64,000 nt of DNA. It comes from Mobula hypostoma (Eukaryota). Position 1 is the stretch's first letter. Each line of letters begins with the position of its first letter. This document shows, piece by piece, positions 12,401 to 26,494 of this stretch. The notes under the pieces were generated by a model, which did not search any database, was not told where the DNA came from, and saw only the letters and a program-made list of their open reading frames with translations. The stretch covers positions 61,504,001-61,568,000 of the forward strand of contig NC_086097.1 in the NCBI RefSeq assembly GCF_963921235.1, written 5' to 3'. The position numbers and the translations under genes were made by a program.

Positions 12401-13046
12401 GAAGGGAGCAGTGGTTGTGCTTCCTGACTGAGGTCTGTTTGACAGTAGTCTTGAATAAACTTGAGTGGTTGAGTGACCTATTCCTGACTTACATTTTCTT
12501 GTATGGTCTCCAGTGTTCATTTCCAATGCAGGAAGGTTAATGCTCAATAAATTTAGAAGATATTGGCAGAATATAGAAGGGTCTGCTGGTTGATGAGTGA
12601 CTTTCCACACACTCTGTATGTGAAGATTTTCACCCCTCTCCATTCCTTAGGGTGCTAGCAGATGAGATGCATACTGCATAAAAGATTGATAAGCAAGACT
12701 GTGAAAGCAGTCCAAAGGAATCCTGAACAATAATGTCCTTTGGGAATAATGATCACTTTCAGAGACGAAGCTTGCAAACTTTTTCAGCGGAAGTCCCGAA
12801 AAGCCAAGCTAAATGGAAAAGTTTCCTTTTTAAGTCACAATGAAAGAAACATTTTATGGTGACAATCAATATTTTTGACAAACTCTTATTTCTTACATCA
12901 TATTAATAAAAATACGATACCTTATCAAGTTAAAAAAAAGTATATTTTTGGTTAGAACTTGTATTGTATCACGTAGAAATACTGCAGTACTATAAAATCA
13001 TAATAATATTGTACTAATTAGAAGGAGCCACAGAGTATATTTATTA

Positions 13047-15427
13047 ACCAACTAGAGAGCAGGCTATTCTAGACTGGGTATTGAGCAATGAGGAAGAGTT
13101 AATTAGCGATCTTGTTGTGAGAGGCCCCTTGGGTAAGAGTGACCATAATATGGTGGAATTCTTCATTAAGATGGAGAGTGACATAGTTAATTCAGAAACA
13201 AAGGTTCAGAACTTAAAGAAGGGTAACTTTGAAGGTATGAGACGTGAATTAGCTAAGATAGACTGGCAAATGACACTTAAAGGGTGGACGGTGGATATGC
13301 AATGGCAAGCATTTGAAGATCGCATGGATGATCTACAACAATTGTTCACCACAGTTTGGCAAAAGAATAAATCAAGGAAGGTAGTGCACCCGCGGCTGAC
13401 AAGGGAAATTAGGGATAGTATCAATTCCAAAGAAGAAGCATACAAATTAGCCAGAAAAAGTGGCTCACCTGAGGACTGGAAGAAATTCAGAGTCCAGCAG
13501 AGGAGGACAAAGGGCTTAATTAGGAAGGGGAAAAAAGATTATGAGAGAAAACTGGCAGGGAACATAAAAACTGACTGTAAAAGCTTTTATAGATATGTGA
13601 AAAGAAAAAGATTGGTTAAGACAAATGTAGGTCCCCTACAGATAGAAACAGGTGAATTGATTATGGGGAGCAAGGACATGGCAGACCAATTGAATAATTA
13701 CTTTCGTTCTGTTTTCACGAAGGAGGACATAAATAATCTTCCGGAAATAGTAGGGGACAGAGGGTCCAGTGAGATGGAGGAACTGAGGGAAATACATGTT
13801 AGTAGGGAAGTGGTGTTAGGTAAATTGAAGGGATTAAAGGCAGATAAATCCCCAGGGCCAGATGGTCTGCATCCCAGAGTGCTTAAGGAAGTAGCCCAAG
13901 AAATAGTGGATGCATTAGTGATAATTTTTCAAAACTCTTTAGATTCTGGACTAGTTCCTGAGGATTGGAGGGTGACTAATGTAACCCCACTTTTTAAAAA
14001 AGGAGGGAGAGAGAAACAAGGGAATTATAGACCGGTTAGCCTAACATCAGTGGTGGGGAAACTGCTGGAGTCAGTTATCAAAGATGTGATAACAGCACAT
14101 TTGGAAAGTGGTGAAATCATCGGACAAAGTCAGCATGGATTTGTGAAAGGAAAATCATGTCTGACGAATCTCATAGAATTTTTTGAGGATGTAACTAGTC
14201 GAGTGGATAGGGGAGAACCAGTGGATGTGGTATATTTGGATTTTCAAAAGGCTTTTGACAAGGTCCCACACAGGAGATTAATGTGCAAACTTAAAGCACA
14301 CGGTATTGGGGATAAGGTATTGATGTGGATAGAGAATTGGTTGGCAGACAGGAAGCAAAGAGTGGGAATAAATGGGACCTTTTCAGAATGGCAGGCAGTG
14401 ACTAGTGGGGTACCACAAGGCTCAGTGCTGGGACCCCAGTTGTTTACAATATATATTAATGACTTAGATGAGGGAATTAAATACAGCATCTCCAAGTTTG
14501 CGGATGACACGAAGCTGGGCGGCAGTGTTAGCTGTGAGGAGGATGCTAAGAGGATGCAGGGTGACTTGGATAGCTTAGGTGAGTGGGCAAATTCATGGCA
14601 GAAGCAATTTAATGTGGATAAATGTGAAGTTATCCACTTTGGTGGCAAAAACAAGAAAACAGATTATTATCTGAATGGTGGCTGATTAGGAAAAGGGGAG
14701 GTGCAACGAGACCTGGGTGTCATTATACACCAGTCATTGAAAGTGGGCATGCAGGTACAGCAGGCGGTGAAAAAGGCGAATGGTATGCTGGCATTTATAG
14801 CAAGAGGATTCGAGTACAGGAGCAGGGAGGTACTACTGCAGTTGTACAAGGCCTTGGTGAGATCACACCTGGAGTATTGTGTGCAGTTTTGGTCCCCTAA
14901 TCTGAGGAAAGACATCCTTGCCATAGAGGGAGTACAAAGAAGGTTCACCAGATTGATTCCTGGGATGGCAGGACTTTCATATGATGAAAGACTGGATGAA
15001 CTAGTCTTATACTCGTTGGAATTCAGAAGATTGAGGGGGGATCTGATTGAAACATATAAAATCCTAAAGGGATTGGACGGGCTAGATGCAGGAAGATTGT
15101 TCCCGATGTTGGGGAAGTCCAGAACGAGGGGTCACAGTTTGAGGATAAAGGGGAAGCCTTTTAGGACCGAGATTAGGAAAAACTTCTTCACACAGAGAGT
15201 GGTGAATCTGTGGAATTCTCTGCCACAGGAAACAGTTGAGGCCAGTTCATTGGCTATATTTAAGAGGGAGTTAGATATGGCCCTTGTGGCTAAAGGGATC
15301 AGGGGGTATGGAGAGAAGGCAGGTACAGGGTTCTGAGTTGGATGATCAGCCGTGATCATACTGAATGGCAGTGCAGGCTCGAAGGGCCAAATGGCCTACT
15401 CCTGCACCTATTTTCTATGTTTCTATA
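13047..15427 (+). mobile_element. 5'-truncated young CR1 LINE
   Basis: Long ORF2 plus CR1 3'UTR ending in TTCTATGTTTCTAT tail. Confidence 0.95.
13081..15336 (+). pseudogene. CR1 ORF2 (endonuclease C-terminus and reverse transcriptase), one premature stop
   Basis: SDH, KSPGPDG, NYRPVSLTS, YLDFQKAFDKVPH, GVPQGSVLGP, KFADDTK motifs; ORFs 13081-14685 and 14701-15336 are in the same frame separated only by TGA at 14683-14685. Confidence 0.95.
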
Positions 15428-15729
15428 ATGCTGTTATCTATTTACTAACCGATTTGGTGAGGTATTCTTAATTTATAACCAAGGTACCAGCACAATATTT
15501 AACATTTTCCTTCATGTATCACCTGCCATTGACTTCTCCTATATAGGTGATTGAATAGCTCTATCTCGCCCTATCCTACGCCATTCCACTTTTTAATTGT
15601 AGAACACAGAACACAGCACATAGAACAGTACAGGATAGGAATAGGCTTTTAAGTCCACAGTGTTATGCCAAATTAATGAAATTAGTGATCAAATGCCCAA
15701 GTAAACTAATCCCTTTTGTCGTATCCTTT

Positions 15730-16140
15730 CTTCAGCAGAGAGTATTGCGGACAGCCCAGCGCATCTGCAGTTGTGAACTTCTCATGATTCAGGACGTTTA
15801 CAGAGACAGATGTGAAAAAAGGGCCCGAAGGATCATTGAGGACCTAAGTCACCCCAACCACAATCTATTCCAGCTACTACCATCCAGGAAACGGTACTGC
15901 AGAATGAAAGTCAGGACCAACAGGCTCTGGGACAGCTTCTTCCACCAGACCATCAGGCTCCTGATTAAGTCACACTGATTTGAGTGTATTTCTATGTTAC
16001 ATTGACTGTTCTATTTATTATAAATGATTATAAATTACTATGATTGTACATTGCACATTTAGACAGAGACGTAACATAAAGATTTTTACTCTTCATGTAT
16101 GTGAAGGATGTAAGAAATAAAGTCAGTTCATTTCAATTCA
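15730..16140 (+). mobile_element. Rex1/Babar-like LINE 3' fragment
   Basis: QRVLRTAQRI...SHPNHNLFQLLPSRKRY...SFF; AATAAA plus TTCAA-type tail. Confidence 0.8.
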
Positions 16141-17394
16141 GTATCCAGTGAAACTGCATGTCCTAATGTTCGAGATGTCAAGTACCGAGACACTGACTTA
16201 GCCTCAAGTGGCAAGTTGCTGCTCTCAAAGGCTTTTGAACTGCTTTCAGACATCTCTTATGATCAGAAACATACCCAAATACATTATGTGCCAATGATCT
16301 AAACAGTTAAAAAAGATATTAAAAACTTATAAAATAATAAATTCACTTGAAAAGTCCTTCAAATGCTATTACTTAATTGAAAATATTTTAACAATGTAAA
16401 AGTAAAAACAAAACCTACCTGCATTAAAAATTTCAATCAAGAACAGTATTGTCTGTTTATGCCAGTCATTTGGTACAAAGCTGAGAGCCAGATGCAATGT
16501 GCATGTGGTAGCCCAGTCCAGGATGTTTGTGCACTGCTCTTGAGATGGAGCGGCAGGTCAGAAGCACCAACGTCTGAGCTCCAGCTTATCTCTGATTTCT
16601 ATATTGTATAAAATGATGTTGCACCTAGTCCAAGGTTCTTTGTGGAATCACCAACTGAACTGCAGCATCATCAATTTATTGTGTTAGTTTAACAAAAGAG
16701 AGCATTCACTTTTCAACGCAAAGAGGCATGAACTTCACTAAAAATAAAACTTATTGACCTGGATTTTCATTTGATTGTATTGACTCCTCCATGCAATTCA
16801 CTCCAAATTGGGAAAAACTTTAGCAAGTACCATCAGCAAAAGATCACTTGCAAGTCTAGCTCTAGGTTTCACATCACACCGATTTAGAAATATTGGGTCT
16901 AAATCCTGGAACTCTACATCCAGTATCAATGTCTGACTACTTTCACTGGAAGGACTGTATTCTTTCAAAAAGAGTGGCTCACCTACACTTTTGCAGGGGC
17001 AATGAGACAAAGGCAATAACTACTGGGCTTTCTTTTGATGTCAAAGTCCCAGGAAGTGAATTAATGTATCTTATAACGCTGCACAATTGGGTAACCTGTC
17101 AAAAAATCATGTAGATTGAAGTATTATAATTACAAACGTAGAAACCATTAGCACATTTTTGATACCAGATGTCATGGTACCACTAAAAGGCCATAATTTT
17201 ACCATGGAAGACGTTAGACTTGAAATTTAGTAAAAACTTGCTAGTGATTTGGCTTAGAAAGGCCAAGCCAACCTTGTTTATTGGGAGGCTTTACTAACTG
17301 CTTCTGCACCTTCACAACCAGAAATGCAGAGCACAGAATCAGAAGATTTAGTTTTCCGTTTGTGTAATGTTCCAGTAAATATTTTGTAACAGGA

Positions 17395-18024
17395 CAGTAA
17401 GGAAGCACGGGAGAACCTCCACTTCCTGATGAGATTGCTTCAGGAAGTGAGAAAGGGAGGCTTCGTACCCATACTCCACCAGAGCACCATTGGGAGTGTC
17501 CTGATCAATTGTATCACTGTCTGGTATGGGATCTGCAAGGCATCTGACTGCAAGACCCTGCAACGGATTGTGAGAACTGCTGAGAGAATCATCAAGGTCT
17601 CCAGTCCAACCCCTCCCCCCTCCATCCAGAACATATACCAGATGAGCTGCATGCACAGAGCCCTCATCATTATTAGGAACCCTTCCCATTCGTTCCACAA
17701 TCTCTTTGACCTCCGACCGTCGGGCAGAAGGTACTGCAGAAAAAGAACAGGCTGGGTACCAGCTTCGTGCCCCAGGCTGTGAGACTTCTGAACACTCTGT
17801 TACCACCCAATATATACTTTTTATGATAGCACAAGTAGCCTTATACTGTTGTGTATTTAACTATATGTTGTATATGCACTTTATGTCAATGTGTACATGT
17901 ACAGATAATATTAATGTTTTAATATGTGCTGTGTTTTGCACCTTGGTTCCAGAGGAATATTGTTTTATTTAGCTGTATACATGTGTATAGTTGAATGACA
18001 AAAACCTTGAACCTGAACTTGAAC
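17395..18024 (+). mobile_element. Rex1/Babar-like LINE 3' fragment
   Basis: STIGSVLINCITVWYG...LQRIVRTAERII...PSGRRY; CTTGAA-type tail. Confidence 0.8.
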
Positions 18025-20364
18025 AAGTTGTGTTTGTTCAATTGTGTCTCCAGTTTATAGTTATTTGTGAGATATTATTGCTCTCATTGAGCTACTCCAC
18101 TGACACTTCTGCTATTCAAACACTCCTTCCATTTCCCCTTTCACAAATGTTCCCCTTTTCCTCTTTTTAAAGCCTTATTCTGTTCTCTGCATTATCAAAT
18201 AACTTTTTCCAGTTTTTATGATAGGTCACTGACTTGAAATATTAACTCTGTCTCCCTCTCTACAGGTGATCCAAGATCTGCCAAGTATTCTCTTTTGTTT
18301 CTGTAATATTGCTTTTGGATTATTGGATGCCTGTATATGTTTATGCAAGAAATAAGGAATAGGAGAAGGAATAAGGCACATGGCCTTTCAAACTAGTTCC
18401 TCAATTCAATAAATAGGATTGGTTTACTGTTGTCACATCCATTGAAATAGAGTGAAAAGCTCATCTTGCATTCTGTTCATAGAGATTAGATCCTTACACA
18501 GTACATTCAGGAAGAGCACAGGCAAACCAATAACAATGCAGAGTAAAGTGCTACAGAGAAAGTGCAGAGCAGGTAAATAAGAAGGTGCAAAGTCATAATG
18601 AGGTAGATTGTGAGGTTAAGTGTCTATCCTATCATAAGATCAATGTTCATGGCCATCCTGAAGTCAGACTCCACTCTGCCATTCTGTATGCTCCAATTAA
18701 TTTTCCTAAGTTTAAAAACCTCAACCATGACTTCATACAATAAACTACTAGTCAGTCAGCCAGCTCCAAACCCTTTCCCACAACATGCTGCATTACCCAC
18801 CATCTTTTTAGTGGTGTTGATGGAAATTGCATACTGGACTTATTTTTTTTAGGAGAAACAACTACATTTTTTACTCCTAAAATTCCAACACCTATAGTAG
18901 ATCTAAATAAATCTGCACCATTAGTATCATTTCTTCTTTTCCCAGAAAGAGGAGCAATTTTCTGATAAATCCATTGGTTTTGCTGGGGCATTGACATTTA
19001 CTAATTTATCACTGATACTAAATCTCTGCATTGACCTTAAAAGATTACAGGAGAATTTTTACTCAAGATAGATGATGATTGAGTCAGTACTGTGATGACT
19101 GCTAAACCACAGGTCATAGCATTCCTATGAATTGTTTATAATCACTGAGATCCTAGGTGGGAGAAAATGCCTGTAGCCCTGTAGTAGCTGACAAACCCTT
19201 ATCACCAGATTCCTAAACACTTGGTCACAGGACTGTATTGTAAGTTGGGGGTGGAGAGAGATCTACACTTCAAACAATGGACATATTCAGATATGAATTC
19301 CAATTCACAAAGATGATTGGAAACAAAAAAAATGGTGTCAGTTTTATCTGCTCCAAGCTGAATTAATAGGTGGAAAATAACTTTTTGACCATCTTTTACT
19401 TTTGCAATTTCTGATCCCAATTCCGACTTTCATCCATTGAGACATTTTCCTATTTTAGTGCGGCAAATAATATTATTATTGTAACCGCTGAAGCAAGTCA
19501 GGTATTCATCACTAACCTTGCCAAAATAAGAATGAATGGTAATGCACTCTCTGAATGCTGAGTGTGGCAGAGACCAATCCGTTCATTGAGTATCTGCAGG
19601 AAAAGAGCAGGGCAAATGTTGGCTTTGGATAGGAAAGAAGGACAGAGTACGTGACTGTGAAGCAGCAGCAGATTTTTTTATGTAAAACATTTGTTGAAAA
19701 GGAAGAAGAAATGGAAGGAAATTCCCTGTTTTCTCTTCTAGCATTATCACTCATCACTACCATGGCTCTCACCTGTATGTGATGACTAGCGTATCTGTTT
19801 ACTCTGACGACGGGATGTGCAAGTTATCTTGCCTTCTGCTGGAATAGCCTCCTGCCTTTAGTTGTGAATGACCTTTCCAAACCAGGAAGATGGGAATATG
19901 TTAGTGACAGACTTGAGATGTTTATGAAGTTTGCCAGAAGAGATTGAGCATTTGGGACATGATCTGTACGATATAGGAAAGTGAGCATTGCAGTTATGAA
20001 GATGAAGGGAAGGTGGTGATGCAGAATGTGGTGCCTTGATTGCACGAGAGCAAGGAGAGAGTGCTAGAGGGGCTGCTAGGGTGTACAGCAAGAGAAAAAT
20101 TCTCTTATTTTCACAGTTCTGATAACATTCGGAAGTATTTAGCATCACATTCATGTCCTAGCAGCTTAGCTGCAGGCATTGCTCTCTTCTGTGAAACATT
20201 TGCAACTTGTGGATTTCCCTTGTCTTTCTACAAGCTTTTTTTCTATGCCACTAAATTTGCAGTGGACCAGAATCAGAGGAAAACTCTTCGTGTCTGAAAA
20301 CTCCTCTTACTTGAAAATAGGTATGGCTTAAAAGTGACTTTCTTCAAGAATTCTGAAATTAGAG

Positions 20365-21056
20365 GGTTTGGGACAAAAGGGACTTGGAACTATTGCAGGA
20401 TTCCCGAAAGCTTAACTTGCTGATTGAGTCCATAGTAAAGGTGTCAAATGAAATGTTAACATTAATTTCGAGAGGATGAAGACATAAAAGCAATATCGTA
20501 ATATTGAGGCTTTAAAAAACATTGGACAGACCACATCTGGAGTATTGTGAGCAGTTTTGAGCCTTGTCCTGTATACAAGGAAGGATATGCTGTGGAGCGA
20601 GTCCGGAAGAAGTTTACATGAATGATCCCTGGGATAAAAGGATAAATGTATGAGGAATGTTCGACAGAACTCGACCTGTGCTTAAGGAGAAGGGGATCAC
20701 ACTGAAACCTATCGAATATTGAAAGGTGTAGATGGAGTGGACATGTAGAGAGTGTTCCCAGAAGAGGAGAAGTCTATGGCCGGAGGGCACAGACTTAGAA
20801 TAAAAGAACATCCCTTTAGAACAGAGATGAGGAGGAACTTCTTTAGCTAGAGATGGTGAATCTGCAGAATTTATTGCAACAGACATTTTGTACATTTAAA
20901 ATAGAGGTTGATAGCATCTTGTTTAGTGATAGTGTCAAATTTAAGGGGAGAAGGCAGGAGGATGGGTTTGAGAAAGAAATATAAATCACCCATTATTGAA
21001 TGGTGGGGCAGACATGATGGGCCAAATGGCCCCATTCTGCTTCTGGTTTTATGGTT
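20365..21056 (+). mobile_element. CR1 LINE 3' fragment (decayed)
   Basis: CATCTGGAGTATTGTGAGCAGTTTT (HLEYCEQF) and downstream similarity to the CR1 3' end. Confidence 0.8.
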
Positions 21057-22902
21057 CAAATCTAATTATTTCAATTTCTGAATCTTAAGCAAATAAAACA
21101 GCAGTGTTGATGTTCAGCTCCACCAGACAGAAATTTACCAGTACTTGGATGATTGCATAAGAACATCAATAATTACCCTTAGGATGCACATAGATTACTC
21201 ACTGTCCCTCATAAATTACTGTGCTCATGAATATCTTGGTAAATATTTACTACAGACTAACAGCAGCTATTAACAAATCAGCTTCAATTTTTTAACATTT
21301 ATTGCTCGCAAGTTCTGATAATAAAACAAACATTATCATCATGGTGATGAAATGATTTAAATGAATACAATGTATTTAATACAACTATATCAACTATGAG
21401 CTATTACATTATCCACAGAACTATTTAAAACTTAATTTCAAACAAATGATGGATGTTTAGGTTTTGCTTGGCTTATTTTTCTCTTACTTTTATCTCCATA
21501 TTCTAATCATATTTTGATCTGACACTACTTTACTTCCTATCGACTTTAGTTTGCATTGCAAATGATTTGCAACAGAAGTAAATCTATTCTATTAGCATCT
21601 TCTTCATGAATCTGTGGTGACATTATGAACTGGTTTTAATTATTCTTTTTATCAATAATTCTAACTGTATGATTCAACTATTTGAATTCAAATTGCCATA
21701 ATATAGCTGTGTGTGTACTTATTGCCATCAACAAAGATCATTTATGATTTTGCTGACAATTAACTGAAAATAGTTTTGCAATATTAAGCACTGAAGACAT
21801 CAGATCCAGATTCTGTTTATTTATCTAATACAATTCAACTAATTGTGGAATAGAAAAAAAACTGTCAAGGCAATACAATTATGGAGTGATATTTGTTAAT
21901 TACCTTTGACTCAATATTTAGGTATAATTCAGGTGAATATACTCTGTGTGCATCTGTTTAATATTTTTAACAGGGCTTCAGTGTTACATTTACCTTCTCA
22001 TTCCCTATTACCCACAGCAGAGCAGCATAGTTAAATCTCATAAACTATATGAATAATTGAAAGGATGAATAATAACCTGCGGGCAAAACAAATCCAATCA
22101 AAAGCTAAATGAAAGTGACAGAATATGTCTAAGAATATGATTCGTTTGCAAATCCACCTGCTTTGGGACAAAATGACCAGTAAAACGGAAAAGTAAAAGA
22201 CATAATACCGGAATACAGTTGTACCTGATATTTACAACCCACAGAATGAAAGCTGTTTTAATAAAGTCTTAGAGATTATTTTCCTTTTTTTGTTGTAAAA
22301 GAATTCAAAAGTTGCAAGCATTAACACAACGCTGGCTGCTTAATCAGAACTGGCACCATGTCTATTTATATTTTGTTATCGGACAATCTGCAAAGAGCTT
22401 TGAAAATCTTTCGCCCACTCTCTATTAGTCAACCCTAATAAATAACTTCGACCTTTGTTTATTACATAAGTGTATTAACGATAGTGTTTGTATCAAGCAG
22501 CCTTCTCATGAAATGATTAAAAAAATGTAGCAAGTTACCAGGAAATCTATCTCACTGGAGATGAATGTTATAGGATCCATTGAAATAGGCAGGAGAAAAG
22601 CTGTTTTGTGCATTTGTTACGTTTAGTTTGCATTTGAGATTATTCTGAATTAAGGAAGCAGGACTGACTGCAGCTGCAATGTCATTGATTCCCTCTGTAA
22701 CAAAGTTATCACAGAGAAGGAGTAGTTTAATTCAGAGAACGGAGAACCTGTCTGTAAGTGGGTGGAGGAAACTACATGTCATTACTATGGAGAAGCCCAG
22801 AAAAGTCAGAGTAATTTACAGGAAACAGAATGCAAGAGCTCAACTGAAGAGACATTTGAGAGTTACCTAGATTGGTTTGTTCTGTTTAAGCCCCACAGTA
22901 AT

Positions 22903-23545
22903 GAGAATCAGGAATTAGGTTTATTATCACTGACATATGTCATGGAATTTGTTGTTTTGCCACAGTAGTACCATGCAGGACATTAAAAAAAAACCTGCTG
23001 TAAGTTACAAATATAAATACATACTACAAAAGACCAATAATGAAATGGTGTTCATGGGTTTCTGGACCATTCAGAAATCTGATGATGCCAGAGGTGACAA
23101 AACTGGTCCTATAACACAGAGTGTGGGTCTTCAGGCTCCTGTACCTTCTCCCTGATGGTAGTAATGAGAAGAGGACATGTCCCAGATGGTGAGGGTCCTT
23201 ATGATGATGCCACCTTCTTGTGGTGCTGCCTCTTGAAGATGCTCTCTGTGGTGAGGAGGGCTGTGTTTGAGCTGGCTGTGTTCACTACCTTCTGTAGGCT
23301 CTTGTAATCCTGTAGTTTGGAGGCTGTATACCAGATGGTAATGCAGCCAGTCAAAATGTTCTCTACTGTGCATGTATAGAAGTTTGCTGGAATCGTTTTA
23401 GTGATTGCATCAATATGTTAGGCCCAAGATATTTATGCTCAGGATCTTAAAGGTGTTCACCTGCCAAGGTGTCAGCATTCAGGACCTTGAAGATGTTCAT
23501 CCTCCAAGCTGCTAACTTTCAGGAGCTTGAAGGTGCTCACCCTTT
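22903..23545 (-). mobile_element. Rex1/Babar-like LINE 3' fragment
   Basis: TTCTGA-type tail and AATAAA on minus strand; body homologous to 56900-57440. Confidence 0.75.
23439..23542. repeat. Tandem repeat, 40-bp unit, about 2.6 copies
   Basis: TCAGGAnCTTrAAGrTGyTCA starts at 23439, 23479 and 23519. Confidence 0.75.
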
Positions 23546-23989
23546 TTTCCTAGCATCCACATAACAGGAGAATCTGAGAGCACAGTTCCAGTGGCAGGGT
23601 ATTCACTCCTAGATGTGCTTAAGGGTCATTGCAGAAGTGAAGCGACAATTACCTTTTCCAGCTTGTGTTTAATAGAGACAAAATAAAAATTTTCTCGAAG
23701 CATATACCACCACAAACTGCAAAGAAGAGCAGCATACAGCAAGATTCACAGACACCAAAGACTGTCTTACACTTGTGCTTTATAGTATTGATTTAAGAAA
23801 CATCTATAGATGTTAAATGTAACCCAACCCTTTTCTTCTATTGAGAAACATTCCATGAGAAAAAGATTCTTTAAAAAACTTGTGTCTGTTATCTAGATAT
23901 GGAACTGAGGAATCAAGTGTTAAGAGATATTTTCCAGCTGTAATTCATGACTTTTTCCCATTGTGAGTACACTTATGCGTTCCTCGCAT

Positions 23990-24530
23990 TCTTCCAGTGA
24001 TTCTGGACGAGTATAAGGTATCCAGCCCGTAACTCCTTTCTCCTGACCAAGGTCTCAATATCCCTCATCATCGAGGGCTTTCTACCATTACCAGCCTTTT
24101 CCTTCATTCTAACAGGATCATGTAGATTGTGAGTCCTCATTCTCCCACCATTAAATGCCTCCCTCTTGCCTGTGGTCCTGATACCCACAAACAACTTGTT
24201 TCAATCAACCTCTGCTAGCTCCTGTCTTGTACTGTCAAAATTTGCCTTGTCGTAATTTAGAATTTGAATTTGTGGACCAGTACTGTCCCTTTCCATAACT
24301 ATTTGAAAACTAATAGACTTAAGGTCACTGGTCTCAGAGTGCTCCCCTGCTGTCAACTCAGTCTCTTGCCCTACCCTATTACCCAAGAGTAGGTCGAACT
24401 GTGTCCTCTCTCTAGTAGGTTTTCCCAGGACGGTTTTCTGAATGTGCTTAAGTTCCACCTCATAAAAGTTCTAAACAGTATGTGAGACTCAGTCTATGTT
24501 AGGAAAGTTAAAATCCCCGACTGTGACCAT
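23990..24530 (-). mobile_element. CR1 ORF2 internal fragment (endonuclease end)
   Basis: PTRERTQFDLLLGN...GEHSETSDL...KANFDSTRQELAEVD. Confidence 0.7.
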
Positions 24531-24559
24531 CCACCTTCAATCATTCACTGCTGCAGTCA

Positions 24560-25333
24560 GACGTTCCCACTGGTTTCAAAAGGCTGACAATCATACCAGT
24601 GCCCAAGAAGAGCAGGTTGACTTGCCACAGGGCAATAGCTATTGACGCAGCTACTCATTACTAGAATACTGGTCATGACTAGAAACAACTTCTGCCAAAG
24701 CAAGGACGTGGCTTGCTGCAATTTGCCTTTACAACAATAGGTCTACAGTGGATGTAATCTCACTGGCTCTCCAATCAGGCTTGCATTGTCTGGACAATAG
24801 TAATCCTTACTTTAGGCTGTTATTTGTTAAATACAGCTCAGTATTCAGTGCAATCATATTCTCAGTTCCAATCAAAAAGCTCCAAAGATCCTCTGTACCT
24901 CTCTCTGCAACTGGATCCTTGACTTCCTCTCTTGAAGACCACAGTCTGTGTGAATTGGAAATAACATTTCCTTCTCGCTGACGATCAGCACTGGCACACC
25001 ACAAGAATGTGTGATTAGCCCATTGCTCTACTTTCTCTACATCCAAGACTGTGTGGCTAGGCACAGCTCAAAGGCCATCTATAAATTTGCTGATGACACA
25101 ACTGTTGACAGAATTTCAGATGGTGACGAGGAGATGGACGGGTGCAAGATAGATCAGCTTCGTGAATGCTGTTGCAGTAACAACCTTGCATTCAACATCC
25201 TGAAGACCAAGGAATTTATTGTGGACTTTAGAAAGGGAAGTTGAGGGAACACACATCAGTCTTGATCAAGGGATCAGAAGTGGAAAGGCTGAGCAGTTTC
25301 AAGTTCCTAGGTGTCAACATCTCTGAGGGTCTC
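24560..25333 (+). mobile_element. Rex1/Babar-like LINE RT fragment
   Basis: SPLLYFLYIQDCVARHSSKAIYKFADDTTV; homologous to 56000-56790. Confidence 0.85.
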
Positions 25334-26145
25334 TTTATGTGCAAAAAAAATAAAGTTCCCAAACTCATTCAAGCTCAGGTGGCAAGAGTTCACTCTCACA
25401 ATGGTATGTAAGAAAGTTCAGTTCAATCCACGGAGATGAGGTGAGAGAGAGGCATTTGCAATCCAAATAAACAGGTGTCTTCGATCTTCCCATTGTCCTC
25501 TGAATCCTTCAAGTTAGCCAAATGTGACTACACTAAAGGTACCGTCTTCAAGTGGTAAAGCTACTAACCCAGGCAAGGGTTAGACAAAGGGTCACCCTTA
25601 CACACATTGTGTTAGCCACTGATCGCTCTCTCTTGATTGAAACTCAACCCACCCTTGTGGACACTCGAAGGGCTCATTCAGTGACTCTTTCATCAGCAGC
25701 CTCTGTGCACCTCCTCTGTGTGTCCATGTGAAAGTTGTCTGACCTTGCTTATTCAAAACAACCCACAAACTTATATAAACATACATTCATTGTCCATCAT
25801 GTAACTCCTCCTCCTCTCTCTCTATCTCTAGCAACTCAGACAACTAGCAGTAGAAGACAGCTGCTTTTCATAAAGCTGTATTCAGTCTCTCTCTCTCCTT
25901 AAAGGCATAGTCCATAATGAATGAAACTTAAGATCCCATCACAATTTTTTATATACTTAATGTAATTTACAGTTTTTACTATGTATTAATAATGTACTGC
26001 TACCATAAAATAACAACTTTCAAGGTATATGTCATTGATATTAAACCTGATTCTGATTCTATTATTTTTACAATTCCCTAAGATCCCCATGCATATGTTC
26101 TAATAATCATTGACAATTTGGAGGCCTGTAGTACAATCCCAAATA

Positions 26146-26459
26146 CCAGGGGTGATTGTTAAGTTTGTGGCCTAAGGTAGAAGGAGTCAGTTTTAAAAAA
26201 CCTAGCACATTTATTTTTCAACATAGTCCCCTCCTACATTTACACACTTAGTCCAGCGGTCGTGGAGCATACGGATCCCTTCTTTGTGAAGTCGGTGCCC
26301 TGTACCTCCAGACGTGGGCCACAGCAGGGGTGATTGATAAGTTTGTGGCCTAAGGTAGAAGGAGATGAGTTATTAACTTCAAACTTCCTGCATAATCACT
26401 CAAGGAGTTGAACTGGACGTGATGTAACGAGAGCTGTATAACTCATCTCCTTCTACCTT
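26146..26459 (-). mobile_element. Mariner-derived non-autonomous element with three TIR copies
   Basis: TA then TIR at 26146; transposase C-terminus on minus at 26211-26285; second same-sense TIR at 26325-26372; partial inverted TIR at 26439-26459. Confidence 0.85.
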
Positions 26460-26494
26460 GGAGGCTCTGTACCAGCTGGTGATGCAGCCAGTCA

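Noticed and set aside
19512-20300. Cluster of short ORFs and minus-strand splice-like sites, including a candidate exon at about 19516-19593
   Set aside because: No recognisable protein; the neighbouring candidate exon has stops in all three frames; faint LINE endonuclease resemblance too weak to call
25338-25943. LTR-like segment ending in TCACA within a Rex1 fragment
   Set aside because: No matching left terminus or TSD found
136-26146. Two inverted mariner ends as a possible 26-kb composite transposon
   Set aside because: The TIRs face the wrong way; each element lies outside the interval
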